Of a stretch of DNA of 64,000 nt, positions 12,742-26,472 are shown in pieces. The stretch comes from Octopus vulgaris (taxonomy: Eukaryota). The notes below the pieces were generated by a model. It saw only the letters and a list, made by a program, of their open reading frames with translations, was not told the origin of the DNA and made no database searches. The DNA is taken from positions 129,270,001 through 129,334,000 of the forward strand of contig OX597815.1 in assembly GCA_951406725.2 (NCBI GenBank), in the 5' to 3' direction. Position 1 is the stretch's first letter; every line of letters starts with the position of its first letter. The translations under genes and the position numbers were made by a program.

Positions 12742-13139
12742 TGGCCTTTATTGTGATATTGTTCTTTAATTTGATATTGTTCTGTGTTTGTGTGTTTATT
12801 CTTGTTGTTGGTCATGGTTGTTGTTCGAGTTGTTGTTGCAGCCATTTCTGAAGTATGTGTGCTTGTGTGTGTATATGGGTTTGCTCACTATGTTTCCTGC
12901 ATCTGTGCCCTTTATATAGGTGTTTTCGTTTACTTATCTGTATTTCTTATATTTCATCATAGGTATGTGCATGCTTGTCTTTTGTATGTCTATTACACTG
13001 TTTCTGTGTCTTTTCTTTCCCCTTCTATCTTTAGTTGTCATGTTGCTTCGTGGGTGTTATTGTTCTTTTCATGTCTATTACTATGTGTGTGGCCTCTGTA
13101 ATCTGTCTAAGTGTCATGCCAATTCTGTGCATAGATAAT

Positions 13140-13400
13140 ACCTTAGCCTCTATGTTATTAAGCAAGCCTCTGTGTTCTACTTGAGCATGTTAGTAGAGCA
13201 CCGATGTATTTTTCTTCTCTTTGAGTACCAACCAGTGTTCGCCTATTCGCTCCTCTATGCTGCGAGTTGTCTCCTCAATGTAAGTTGTTGTGTTGTTTCT
13301 GCCCTGTTCCCTAGTACACCATAAGCTACAGAGTACATTCCTAATCTTACAGTTACCCCGTGGGTTCATCCTACATACTATACAATTATTCTCCATATAA
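13140..13400 (-). pseudogene. Penelope-like element GIY-YIG endonuclease fragment
   Basis: ENNCIVCRMNPRGNCKIRNVLCSLWC...TYIEETTRSIEERIGEH...KKNTSVLY*HAQVEH matches the PLE Cys-linker plus GIY-YIG pattern (YIGET.R...R..EH). Confidence 0.75.
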
Positions 13401-13719
13401 CAGCAACAACCACAACAACAACAACAACAACAGCAACCACCATGATGGCAATATGAACAAACACATAAACACAGAACAATACAAAAATATATCAAAGTAA
13501 GCATCAAGAACAGCAGCAGCAGTAATGGAAGAGAAAATATTGGTGAGAGCAAGGTCAACATACCTAATGTTGATATCACTAAGAGCAATAACAATGATAA
13601 TGGTACTATAGAGAAGAACAAACAGAAATATAGAAAGACACAAGCCTGCCAAACTAAGGGCCTAGAATAGCTGCAACAGTAAAGGATATGAAGACAAAGT
13701 GAGGGGCAACAGAACGGAA

Positions 13720-13940
13720 GACCACGCTGAGGCAAAATGCGTAGCCGTATTTCGTCTGCTGTTACGTTCTGAGTTCAAATTCCGCCAAGGTCGACTTTGG
13801 CTTTCATCCTTTCAGGGTCGATAAATTAAGTAAGTACCAGTTACGCACTGGGGTCGATATAATCGACTTAAACTCTTTGTCTGTCCTTGTTTGTCCCTTC
13901 TATGTTTAGCCCCTTGTGGGCAATAAAGAAATATATAAGA
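13720..13940 (+). mobile_element. tRNA-derived SINE family B (long-tail type)
   Basis: gttctgagttcaaattcc (B box), ggtcgactttggctttcatcctttcagggtcgataaatt, tail gtttagccccttgtgggcaataaagaa. Confidence 0.85.
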
Positions 13941-14060
13941 AAAAGGATAATAGTGGGGATTGTAATGACAACAACGACAGCAGCAACAACAACAAAAACT
14001 GCGATGAAAACATGCAAACCAAGACAAATATTACTGACAACAACAATACACATAGAAACA

Positions 14061-14094
<34 letters not shown>

Positions 14095-14149
14095 CAAGAG
14101 GGGCAACAAAAGAGATGGTAATAGAGAAATTATAGGATAGAAAGTAGCA

Positions 14150-15025
14150 CAACAGGTGTAAATGACACTAACCCTCTCCAATCCAAGTGATAAGTCCTAC
14201 GATATGAATCGCATTTATCCAACAACCCTACCCTTCAAGAGTTTGTATCCTACAACAGAGAAACGATGAAATAGAAGCACACCTCACTATAGCTAGTACT
14301 AAACTTAGATAGGTTTTAGAACAATACATTAGAAAACAGGGTGGAAGAGAGGCACAATAACTTGATAAGAAATCTGCAAGTGACTTGTGCAAGCTCATAC
14401 AGTGCACAAAAAATAGGGAGGTTGTGTGCTTCCTCATGAACAAGTCTAGAAGAATGTTCATAGACACCAGGGAATGCAACTCCACATCATCAATATGAGG
14501 AAAACAATGGTACAGGATTATGAGAAGAGAAAGAAGATCCTCAATGCTCACATGATGATGTGGTCAAACATCCTAGGGGCAAAGAATCACACAGCCAACA
14601 ACTTTCAGACTACTAATAATGAAATCCCAGTACTGTATGGGCTCTGCAAAGACCATAAGGTGACCACTGACTCAGTAACAAGACCATCAAGACCAGTCTG
14701 TGGAGGCAATGTTGCCAACAACTACCAAATCTTCTACTCTCTATGATCATATGCCTTCTGATCAGAATGTCCCCAGATGTGTGTGACAACACAGTGAATC
14801 TCCTCAGCAGAATCAATGAACGAAGCCATGTCTATGACCTGAAGGGATGCATAATAGGCAGTATGGATGCAGTATCCTTATACCCATGCATTGATGTTGA
14901 TTTTGCCACAGAGAAATGTGTGGAGATGATCAGTGAGAGTGACATGGAGTTTTGCAGTATTGACACAAGAGAACTGAGAACTGAGACTTACAAATAACAA
15001 AGATTACTTAGATCAGAGGATCTCA
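14150..15025 (+). pseudogene. Penelope-like RT, N-terminal part (decayed)
   Basis: IPVLYGLCKDHK, RPVCGGNVA, IIGSMDAVSLYPCID (RT motifs 1, 2 and 3/A), with stops and frameshifts. Confidence 0.8.
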
Positions 15026-15184
15026 AACTTTTTGGGCCCCACTCATGGCCACATAATGCCCTCAGTGTCCCCACCCCTATTTTTATGCATAAATAAATAT
15101 TAAATATTTTATATTTTACTAATTTATATATACTATGAATCATTTGATATTTAATATAATATTATATAATTTGTATACAATACT

Positions 15185-15571
15185 CTCTTTTTTTTTTACT
15201 TGTTTCAGTCATTTGACTGTGGGCATGCTGGAGCACCACCTTTAGTTGAGCAAATCAACCCCAGGACTTATTCTTTGTAAGCCTACTACTTATTCTATCG
15301 GTCTCTTTTGCCGAACCACTAAGTTACAGGGATGCAAACACACCACCATCAGTTGGGGGGACAAACACACACACACAAACACACACACATATATTTATAT
15401 TTATATACATATATATACGACAGGCTTCTTTCAGTTTCCATCTGCCAAATCCACTTACAAAGCTTTGGTCAGCCTGAGGCTATAGTAGAAGACACTTGCC
15501 CAGTGCCACGCAGTGGGACTGAACCCGGAACCATGTGGTTGGTAAGCAAGCTACTTACCACACAGCCACTC
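15185..15571 (-). mobile_element. SINE family A inserted in the Penelope-like RT
   Basis: Co-linear with 4163-4547. Confidence 0.9.
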
Positions 15572-15724
15572 AGTAATATTATAATAAATTTACAGCATCA
15601 TTGCCTTCCTCCCAATGCCTCCTTTTTCTCCCCCCCCCCCACATACACTGCCCCCTTAGGCACCATTGCCCACCTGGACCATCTCAACGCCCACCAGGGA
15701 GCAGTATCACCAACCTTAGTTGTT

Positions 15725-16546
15725 TCAGCCCCACTAGATTGATAAGAAGTAACCCCTACAGTAATCTCAATGGTCAAGAAGACACCTAGAGAGAGATGGA
15801 ATGATTAGACCAGAGCTATACAAACCTCTGAAAACTATGACCAGGTTCATAAAATGGTCACACATGTTGTGGGTGTGAGTATCAGAGTCTTACTTAAGGG
15901 CCACATATTCAGGTTTAATAGCAATATATATACTCAAGAGGAAGGTGCAGCCATTGGTGTCAGTGTTGCTGGCAATGTGGCTAACCTATTTATGATATGG
16001 TGGGATAGGAGACTCAAAGAGAGATTAGCAGAGAACTCCATAACCCTAAACATGTACCCTTACTATGTGGATGGTGTCAACATAGTAGCCAAAGCATCTC
16101 GTACACAAGACAATATCAATGAACTAGACACTACCACAATGGACAGCATCCAACAAATACCATCCAACAGAATTGGAAAGACACATACAACACTTCATCC
16201 ACCACATGAAATTCCCTGGCTACAATCAAAGGGACAGGATTAGAGTGTACAAAGGAGCCAGGGCTAGTACAAGGCTATCATAGAGAGTGATGCAAATGGT
16301 ATCTGCCTGTTATACAGAAATAAATCCTGGCTAAGGACCCAAAAAAAAAAGACAGATAAGTCCATCTCATGGTATGACAGAAAATACCAGAGTGTCATGT
16401 TCATTGATGGTGAACAAGCATACCTTTTTAGAAAAGCTTTAGATAAGGTAAATATACAGATTAAAGTAGTAGAAAGGACAGGAACCTCCATAAAATCTTT
16501 GATCTATATAACTTATCCCTTCAATAGGTCCCCATGTATAGAGAAT
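15725..16546 (+). pseudogene. Penelope-like RT, C-terminal part and linker (decayed)
   Basis: GHIFRFNSNIYTQEEGAAIGVSVAGNVANLFMIWWD, YVDG (decayed YVDD), IKVVERTGTSIKSL, PFNRSPCIEN. Confidence 0.85.
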
Positions 16547-17084
16547 CCAGAGTTTAATCTAAATTAACTCTTTTAAACAAATATCAATTTTTTAAGCAAG
16601 CAGACAATGAATAATTGCATATATGTATATGTGGGGGGGGGGATACTCGGAAGTTTTGTCAGGGTTTTGTTGCAGTTTCAAAGAAAGAAAATATTTAGAC
16701 ACAAATGAAATTTAAATGTTGCAGTGAAACTAACGGGTTTGTGTGTGTGTGTGTGTGTGTGTGTGTTCTTTAATGGCTTACAAACATCTACACTGCAATT
16801 GTTTCTGTAAATACCATTATGCAGAAGACAGAATCGAAAAAAATTTCATGTGCAAATTTTTGTTTTCATCTTTGTTTATAGCATAGATAATTTTTCCTCT
16901 GAAATGCCACCTTCAGCCTCCAGGACACATTGGTTGGCCCAAGGCTAAAGTTGAAGGCACTTGCTGGAAAACTGGGGAGGACCAGGACAATTCACACGAT
17001 CCAATTTTTTCCCTCAAGAAAATGGATATTCTTCCTAACCACACGGTTCTGGGTTCAGTTCCACTGCATGGCACCTTGGGCAAG

Positions 17085-18740
17085 TGAAATTTCCGAGTCC
17101 TCTCTCCCCACTTCGTTCGCCAGTGTGCATTTTTTTTCATATACTACATGTTGTTTTCCACCTATTACACTATTTTTTTTTTCATTTTTGTGACCGAGTG
17201 TTAACGTTGAGTTTTCAGATCCTTTGAGTTTGATTGTGTAAATTTTCTGAGTCCTCTCTCCACTCCACTCCCGTTCATCAGCTCACATTTTTTTTCATAT
17301 TCGTTTACTACATGTTGTTTTACACCTATTGCATTTTTTTTTTTTTTTTGGTGGCTGAGTGTTGAAGTCGGGTTACTAGATTGTATAAATTATCCAAGTC
17401 TGCTACCCACCCACCCACTTCACAAAATTTTTTTTAAAGTGGTGTACTAGGTGTAAAATAATGTGTAGTAAATGAATATGAGAAAAAAAATTGCACTGAC
17501 GAATAGGGAAGAGGTGAGAGGACTCGGAACACTCTTCCCCATCCCATTCGCCAGCACACATTTTTTTTTTCCTATTCGTTTACTTATTACACTTTTTAAA
17601 AAAATTTTGTGACCAGGTGTTAATGTTGAATTTTCGGATCCTGTGAAGTTTCCAAATCCTCTCCCCAACCCCGTTTGCCAACGCACATTCTTTTTTTATA
17701 TTTATTTACTACACGTTAAACGATGATGATGATGATGATGATGATGTCGTTTTACATCTATTACACAGTTTTTTTTCATTTTTGTGACCAGGCGTTAATG
17801 TTGAGTTTTTGGATCCTCTGAGTTTGATTATGTGAATTTTCGGAGTCCTGTCCTCACCCCAACCCCTGTTCACCAGCACACATTTTTTTCATAATCATTT
17901 AGTACACATTATTTTACACCTGTTGTACTTTTACTTTGGTGGCTGGATGTTGAAGTTGGGTTTCTGGATCATATGAATTATCCGAGACTGCACCCCACCC
18001 ACCCCACATCACAAAAATTTTTTTAAATGTAGTGTACTAGGTATAAAATAATCTGTAGTAAACGGATATGAACAAAAAATTGCACCAATGAACAGGGAAG
18101 AGGTGAGAGGACTCGGAACGTTCCCGATTTGAATTTTCCGAGTCATCTTCCCCCGCCCATTCTCCAGCATACATTTTTTTCATATTCGTTTACTACAAGT
18201 TGCTTTACACTTATTACACTATTTTTTTTTTCATTTTTGTGACCAGGTGTTAATGTTGAATTTTCAGATCCTGTGAATTTTCCGAGTCTTCTCTCCCTGC
18301 CCACCCACCCCCTTTTTCCATATTTGTTTACTACATGTCGTTTTACATCTATTACACAGTTTTTTTTCTTTCCTTTTTGCAACTGGGTGTTAATGTTGAG
18401 TTTTTGAATCCTGTGAGCTTGATTGTGTGAATGTTCTGTGTCCTGTCCTCACCCCCCACCCCTGTTCACCGGCACGCAATTTTTTTCCTAATCATTTAGT
18501 ACACATTATTTTACAACTGTTGCACTTTTTACTAGGTGTAAAATAATGTGTAGTAAATGAATATGAAGAAAAAATTGCACCAACGAACAGGGAAATGGTG
18601 AGAGGACTCGAAACACTCCTGATGTGAATTTTCTGAGTCGTCTCCCCACCCCCTGTTTGCCAGTGTGCAATTTTTTTTACATATTCATTTACTACATGTT
18701 GTTTTACATCTATTACACAATTTTTTTTCCCATTTTTTGG
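17085..18740. repeat. Complex tandem array of ~150-170 bp units with interspersed inverted units
   Basis: Recurrent aattttccgagtcctctc...ttactacatgttgttttacacctattacac; inverted units at ~17445-17530, ~18035-18120 and ~18530-18612. Confidence 0.85.
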
Positions 18741-19849
18741 CTCGGGTCAAACATTGGAAGTTAACCATAAATGTTTAATCCCGTATACTTTGATTAATTG
18801 ACAAATATTTGAATGCGGATATTTTCTGGCTTATGGATTCTTAGTTGACTTAGGTTTTGTTAGTAAATGCTTAAAGGAGAATCTGGATAAAGTGGGATTT
18901 TCAGAAAGAGAAACTGATTGGCTGATTTGTACATTACAAGTCCAATCTGTGAGTGGAAGCAATGTTGAGGGGGACAAGCGATGTTGGGGGGACAATTACA
19001 GACACACAAACATATACACACACATATATATATATATACGACAGGCTTCGTTCAGTTTCTGTCTTTCAGTTTCTTTCAGTTTCTTGTGAAAATGAACACA
19101 AGAAGAGAAAATGAGAACAGTGTAAGAAAGTGAAAAAATGAAAAAAGGAGTGTTAGTTGGTGGTCAAGATAAGGTGGGATGGGAGAGGAGTAGGGGAGGG
19201 GTAGGAAGAGACAAGAATGTAAGTAATGAATATGTATGAGGTGTGTGAGCTAGGGTGATATGTTAGATTGGCATTAAGGGATTGGTGCAGAAAAAAGTAT
19301 AGGAGTGGCGAGGGGGGGGAGTTCTAAAGTGAGTAGTAAACCACAAATTGGATGGTAAGAATACTAAGAATGGTCAAGTTTTTATAAATTAACTTCTTAT
19401 GTGTTTATTCTACTGGCTAATGTGTGGGTAGAGGAATCAGAGAGAAAGAAAGAAAGAAAGAAAGAAGTATCTATCAGTATATGCATGCACACATGTACAT
19501 ATATGTGTGCATGTATGCATTATTATATAGGTCTGCGTACTTGTGTATTTAAACCCATACGCATGCAGATACACACACACACACATATATATATACACAT
19601 ACATATACAAACATACAGCCTTGACTTTGTTGTCTCATTTTATTTAAAATATACATGCTCATACAAGACCTGCATTAGACTCCTCACTCCTATCATTATC
19701 AAACTGAGAGTTTAACTATGGTCCTTTCATAGCACTCACATAGTGTTACTTGCCACCTTGGTTCTTCTGGATACCAATACCTCTCATACCTTATATATAT
19801 ACACACACATACACACACATATACATATACATATAAATATATATATATA

Positions 19850-20417
19850 TAAGCATGATCTTCATATGTTGGGCCTCACAGAGGCTATGACGAAAGACCG
19901 AGACCTCTGGAGTTATGATGTTACTTCGAAGACCCAACAAATGAAGTGAGTTCATGGCTTGCAGGACGGCCTTCTGTGCTTGAGGAGACCTATTATGTCA
20001 AGTACATCAACATCAAAATAAAAATCAAATGGATATTGTAGTTGTGATACCTGTGCCGGTGGCACGTAGGGCCTCACAGAGGAAATGACGAAGACCAAGA
20101 TCTCTGAGATATGCTGGGATTGTGAAGACCCGACAAATGAAGTGAGTTCATGGCTCGCAGGACGGCCTGCTGTGCTAACCTTGGATCATAGAGTGACCTG
20201 CTGTTCTTGAGGAGACCTATTGAGTCAAGTATGTCAACACCAACATCAAAATAAAAATCAAATGGAAATTGTAGTTAAGATACCTGTGCCGGTGACACGT
20301 AAAAAGCACTGTCCAAACGTGGATGATGTCAGTGCCGCCTGACTGGCATCTGTGTTGGTGACACATAAAAGCACCAACCGATCAGGGCCATTTGCCAACC
20401 TCCTCTGGCCCTTGTGC
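19850..20417 (+). mobile_element. RTE LINE ORF end plus 3' UTR with internal tandem duplication
   Basis: KHDLHMLGLTEAMTKDRDLW, then UTR; unit repeated at 19871 and 20069. Confidence 0.8.
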
Positions 20418-20580
20418 TGGGCTTCTTTCAGTTTCTGTCTACCAAATCCACTCACAAGGCTTTGGTCAGCCCGAGGCTATAGTAGAAGACACTTGCCCAA
20501 GGTGCCACGCAGTGGGACTGAACCCGGAACCATGTGGTTGATAAGCAAGCTACTTACCACACAGCCACTCCTGCACCTAT
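20418..20580 (-). mobile_element. SINE family A 5' half
   Basis: Head and body matching 4400-4547. Confidence 0.85.
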
Positions 20581-21334
20581 ACTCAAACATTTTTCACACA
20601 CATATATTAACTTCAAGCTCTGACACTCACATCGAGTTTAATATTGTCAATCAAGTAATACTCATATGTTTAATGAACATATTTATAGCTCTGCTGGGGA
20701 AATAGATCCTTGGTTAAGCCACTAGATTCTCAGCAGGGAGAAACAGTAGTAGTAACTGGTATGTGGATAATGTAAATGTAATCAGGCTAGTTCTGACCTC
20801 ATTTAGATAATGATGAAAGGTTAGGAATGAGTATTAATTAACTAGTGGACTGACACAGCATATATGAGATTAATATTATAATGTGGTTTAATTAAGGAGA
20901 TAATTATAGAGTTTCATGTCTCAAGCAATTATTTTCCATAAGATCACTGAATAAAATACAATAATAGCATTAGAAAAGTTTCTTCAACCACATCACATTG
21001 GTGGAACATCATTAGCTACAAACACAGAGTCTGTCTTGAGCCTACAGACTCATTAGGCCACAGTTTATTGGGATGTTCAAGACTCAGAGTACTAGACTCC
21101 CAACTGAATGAGACACCAACCTCTCAAGGTTATCCCTAAGTACCTCTGGGATTAACTTATTTTGCTTCTATATTTGTTTCATGAGATTGGTGTAAAAGTA
21201 AAAGAATACCAGAAAAGGGTATAGGATTGAGGGGTGAAAATGTAAAAATTAAATTTTGGAAACAATCCCCCAATTCCTAGCCCTTTTTCTTTTCCACGAG
21301 GTAGTGATAGCTACTCAAAAGTTTGGTTATTTTT

Positions 21335-21626
21335 TATTGTTTACTTGTTTCAATCATTGGACTGTGGCCATACTGGGGCACTACCTTGAGGAATTTTAGT
21401 CAAATGAATCGACACCAGGACTTATTTTGTAAGGCTTGGTACTTATTCTATCAGTCTTTTTTGCCAAGGGACTAAGTTATGGGGACATAGACACACCAAT
21501 ACCAGTTGTCAAGTGGTGGGGAGGACGAACAGATTCAAAGACACACACACACACACACACACACACAAGCACACATTCGCGATAGGGCTTCTTTCTGTTT
21601 CTGTCCACCAAATCCACTCACAAGGC
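21335..21626 (-). mobile_element. SINE family A (headless)
   Basis: Tail and body co-linear with other copies. Confidence 0.75.
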
Positions 21627-22075
21627 ATCCATCCATCCATCCATCCATACATACATACATACATACATACATACATACATACATACATACATACATGCAT
21701 GCATGCATGCATACATACATACATACATACATACATACATACATACATACATACATACATACATACAAGCACACAAAAAAAATACCCTGGTGTTGATGTT
21801 AAAATTCTAATGGAGTAGCCTTGAATCTAGGTTAGAAACTGACTCTTTCTCTATTGGCAAGAAATCTTGAAAAAAAGCTGAACAATGACATACATACATA
21901 CATGCATACATACATACATACATACATACATACATACATACATACATACATACATACATACATACATACATGTATGCATGCATGCATACATACATACATA
22001 CATACATACATGCATACATACATACACATATAAATATGCATGTGTGTATATGTGTATATATATATGTATATGTGT
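21627..22075. repeat. (CATC)n/(CATA)n microsatellites
   Basis: Direct reading; two tracts. Confidence 0.95.
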
Positions 22076-22179
22076 ATTAGAATACCAAATACTACAGTAT
22101 TCACCCTAAATGAAATTGAAAAAAATGTGTATATCAAGAGGTTAAGTCTCCTGCCAAACATGCACAATTCTGAAATATA

Positions 22180-22475
22180 AATGGCTGTGTGGTAAGAAGT
22201 TTACTTCCTAACTAAATGGTTCTAGATTCAGTCTCACTGTGTGGCACCTTGGGCAAATGTCTTCTAATATAGCCTCAGGCCAACGAAAGTTTTGTAAGAG
22301 GATACATTGTCCCTGCCATCACTTGACAACTGGTGTTGGTGTGTTTAAGTCTCCATAACTAAGTGGTCCTGCAAAAGAGACCAGCAGAATAACTACTGTG
22401 TTTAAAAAAAGTACTCTGGTCAATTCATTCAACTAAAATTCCTTGGATGCAGTCTAACAGCTGGAACAAGTAAAT
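22180..22475 (+). mobile_element. SINE family A (diverged)
   Basis: tggctgtgtggtaagaagt...ggcaccttgggcaaatgtcttc. Confidence 0.7.
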
Positions 22476-22850
22476 ACATATACACATGCAGGTATGCACA
22501 CATGCGTACATACATATATCCATACAGATAAAAAGTCATCTAAGAATACATAAGTAAGTAAAAATAGGCACTCATATATTTGTCAATAGAGGAAGTATAT
22601 CAATATTTAAGCAATACAGTGTTATAGATCCATTTCATCTGGTTTTACAAATTGTTTTTGCACACAAGGGTTTTAGGAAAACCATACTCTTTGTATTAGC
22701 TATTCTGATGACAGAGTGTAAAACCGGTTGGTATAATTAGCTGAACTGGATCTTTTGTACTGTCTAGTATAAATATTACTATACCCATTCCATTGACAAA
22801 TGCATGAGTGCATATTTTTTTCTGACGTATGAATTCTTAGAAGACTTTAC

Positions 22851-22881
<31 letters not shown>

Positions 22882-23357
22882 TGTATGTATGTATGTATGT
22901 ATGTATGTATGTATGTATGCATGTATGTATGTATGTATGCATGACAGCAGCTATGTATTTATATTTCAGAGTTTTACTTGTTTGGCAAGTAGCCTGATCT
23001 GGGATAATGTGTGTTGTAACCTTATAAGTGGAGCAATCGTATTATGAAAGGCTTAGTCATTTTAAGACCACACAAAAATCTCTTACTTTTAGTTATATTC
23101 AATTCTTAGCAGTATTACCTTGTACACGCTCAGCTTGGTTGCTGACATTTAATTTCATAACTCAACGACTGTCTGTATGAAAGTGCTTGAGTGATCAAGT
23201 TACAGAAGCACAACAAAACGTTTTGGTACTTCACTAAAGATGTTATTATTAATAAATGAGGAGTCAGGAATCATTTAGTTTAAGGATTAGAACACTTAGT
23301 CAGTATCTGAGGGGTACAGGGTTTGTAGCCACCTGTTGGCAACATTTGAAAAAAAAA

Positions 23358-23545
23358 AGGCGGTGAGCTGGTAGAACTGTTAGGCATTCTGTCTGTCTTT
23401 ACGTTCTGAGTTCAAATTCTGCCAAGGTTGACTTTGCTTTTCATCCTTTCAGAGTCAATGAAATAAATATCAGTTACGCACTGTGTCAATGTAATTGACT
23501 TCCTTCCTCCCCTCAAATTTCAGGTTTTGTACCTATTGTAGAGAG
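23358..23545 (+). mobile_element. SINE family B (short-tail type)
   Basis: ggcggtgagctggtagaa head; B box; tail cctcaaatttcaggttttgtacctattgtag. Confidence 0.75.
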
Positions 23546-23816
23546 CATCATTGATAAATGAACAAAAATGAATGTAAGTGTTTTCATGCATCTTTTTTGT
23601 TTACATTTAATTGACTAACAGAATTCTTTAATGGTTTAATTGTTTCATGCATCTCTTTCTATGTAAGAGTCTGTTACTGAGTTTGTTTGTTGGCTCCATG
23701 AGACTGTAGGTATATCATATTCACATACATAAATATCTGCATGCATGCCTACACACCTATATAACATAAAAGTATTTGTTTGAAGTAATAAAAGCAGTAT
23801 TAGTTAAAAATCATGT

Positions 23817-23963
23817 TCTGTATATCTTACTTAAAGTGGATATATTGTAGAAAGACACAAAACTGCAGTATTTGTCTCAAGAAAGCATCTCATAAAGACG
23901 GAGTGCTAAAAAGTAGTTTTGTAGCTTCCTACAGTGTATCTGCATTAAGTAAGATATACAGAA
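23817..23963. repeat. Imperfect ~52 bp inverted repeat abutting the 5' truncation of an RTE
   Basis: ttctgtatatcttacttaa...caaaact vs agttttg...ttaagtaagatatacagaa. Confidence 0.75.
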
Positions 23964-23964
23964 T

Positions 23965-24757
23965 TCTGACCAGATCAGCAGTGGGGAGCAGAATGCTCTG
24001 AGAGCTACTAGAATAAGAATGGGCAGGGCAAAGTTCAAAGAGCTACTATCATTGTTAGTAACAAAGGGCCTCTTCCTCAGAGTGAAAGGCAGATTGTGTG
24101 ATGCCTGTGTGTAAGCAGCCATGCTACAATGGCAGTGAAATATGGGCTGTAACTGCAGAGGACATGCAAAGACTTGAAAGAAATGAAGCTTGTATGCTTT
24201 GCTTGATATGCAATGTCAGTGTGCATGTACAAGAGACTGTAAGTGTCTTAAAAGAAAAATTGGGCATAAGAAGCATCAGATGTAGTGTGCAAGAGAGAAG
24301 ACAGCTCATGTGATGCATATGGATAAGGACAGATGTATAAAGGAATACAAGTCTCTAACTGTAGGGGGAACCAGTGAAAGAGGAAGACCCAGGAAGACAT
24401 GGGATAAGGTGGTGAAATATGATCTTCAGATGTTGAATCCCATGGAGGTGATGACAAGTGACTGAGACTTTTGGTGACTTGATGTGCTAAGTGCCAACGA
24501 CATAAAAGGCACCCACACTGGTGACAAGTAAAAGGCACCCGTACCAGTGACACATTAAAGGCACTCATGCTGGTGATACATAAGAGGTACTCACTATATT
24601 CTATGGAGTGGTTGGCATTAGGAAGGGTATCCAGCCATAGAAACCAAGCCAAAAAAGAGTGGAGCCTGGTGCAGCTCTCTGGCTTACCAGTTCCAGTCAA
24701 GCTGTTTAACCCATGCCAGCATGGAAAACAGATGCTAAATGATGATGATAATAATGA
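23965..24757 (+). mobile_element. 5'-truncated RTE (BovB-like) LINE
   Basis: AKFKELLSLLVTKGLFLRVKGRL, GSEIWAVTAEDMQRLERNE, RGRPRKTW, then UTR and (GAT)n. Confidence 0.85.
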
Positions 24758-24789
24758 CATGCATATGCATATACATGCACATATACGGG

Positions 24790-25026
24790 TTTCTTATTTC
24801 TTTACTGCCCAAAAGGGGCTACACACAGAGGGAACAAACAAGGACAGACAAATGGATTAAGTCAATTATATTGACCCCAGTACATAACTGGTACTTGTTT
24901 AATCGACCCCAAAAAGATGAAAGGCAAAGTCGACCTCGCCAGAATTTGAACTCAGAACATAGCGGCAGACGAAATACTGCTAAGCATTTCGCCCAGCGTG
25001 CTAACGCTTCTGCCAGTTAACCACCT
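24790..25026 (-). mobile_element. SINE family B (long-tail type)
   Basis: Reverse complement of the 13720-13940 sequence, with head. Confidence 0.85.
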
Positions 25027-25035
25027 GCACATATA

Positions 25036-25268
25036 CAGGTTTGGCCAAAAGTTACCCAACAGTAAATCAAAATTCCATAAATACTATCTTTAATTCTGTA
25101 TTGACTAGAATGGAAAAATGTGTTGCTTAAATAGGACTTCAGTTTGAACAATTTTCATGATGTTTCATATTTAGATGCTTTTATTAAATTCATTCAGTTG
25201 TTAAACATAAATAAATCTTGGAATTAAATGGTTTTGATTTACTGTCAGGTGACTTTTGGCCAACACTG
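25036..25268. mobile_element. Tc1/mariner-type MITE
   Basis: TA|caggtttggccaaaagttacccaacagtaaatcaaaa ... ttttgatttactgtcaggtgacttttggccaacactg|TA. Confidence 0.8.
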
Positions 25269-25726
25269 TACATATATACATGCCTATATACATACTGTCT
25301 ATTGACTTGCTAGTGAATATAATCACCTCTTCCCTAAAATTACAGGTGTAGTTCCTCCATGATGACTCTTTTTCTTATAAAGATATTCAACAGTATAGCT
25401 AGACCAAGACTCTCTCCCAGACTCCAATGACATTTCAACACATAAGTGTATGTGTGTGTGTGTGTGTAGACAGACAGACACACACACACACACACGCACA
25501 CACACACACACACACACTCACATACACACACACAAGACTTTGTATTTAATAAATCTGATGATAAAATTGAAATTACACTTATCTCATGTTTTTAAATTAA
25601 TACTTAAATAGATAGATATGTATTAGCTTTTTCATGGCAAAATTAAATATGCATTCTACTGAGTAATCCTTCATTTTCAAGTTTAATTGTTTTTATATAT
25701 AACTTGACTCAAAAGCAGGCATTAAT

Positions 25727-25779
25727 ATAGATAGATAGACAGACAGATAGACAGACAGACAGACAGATAGCTAGCTAGC

Positions 25780-25857
<78 letters not shown>
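25727..25857. repeat. (TAGA)n/(CAGA)n microsatellite
   Basis: Direct reading. Confidence 0.95.
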
Positions 25858-26246
25858 TTCAACAGGAAATAAACATGCTTCAAATTTATCTCATGAGCCA
25901 AAGTACTGCCTCTAAATAAGTAATAACAGTTGCCTAGAAACCAAACATTTTCAGCTGTTTTCCTCTTTCTGTAACTCGTACTTTATCAGTACCTGTCCAA
26001 CTCTTTCGCACACAATATAGTTGCATAAATTATTACAAATATATTTTATGGGTATGCTTGCATACATACATACATACATACATACATGCATGCATGCACA
26101 CATGCAAACATATATACATGCATACATGCCTACATACATATGTACATACATACAAATGCAGGCATGCATGCACATGCACGTGTGCACACACACACACAAT
26201 CTTATGTATGTTTTGCAAGATTCTTGATGCGAAATTGTGTTTAAAT

Positions 26247-26472
26247 CATAATCATCATCATTATCGTTTAATGTCCACTTTCCATGCTAGCATGGGTTGG
26301 ACGATTTGACTGAGGACTGGCGAACCAGATGGCTGCACCAGGTGCCAATCTGATCTGGCAGAGTTTCTACAGCTGGATGCCTTTCCTAACACCAAGCACT
26401 CTGAGAGTATAGTGGGTGCTTTTTATGCACCACTGGCACGAGGGCCAGTCAGGTGGTACAGGCAACGGCTAC
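26247..26472 (-). mobile_element. RTE 3' UTR inserted into another repeat
   Basis: Flanks (gttttgcaagattcttgat.../gatattgtt..gggatggtcattttgc) are contiguous in the copy at 11310-11395. Confidence 0.75.

Noticed and set aside
17085-18740. CRISPR-like repeat array
   Set aside because: Units are long and degenerate with no unique spacers; no cas genes; eukaryotic context.
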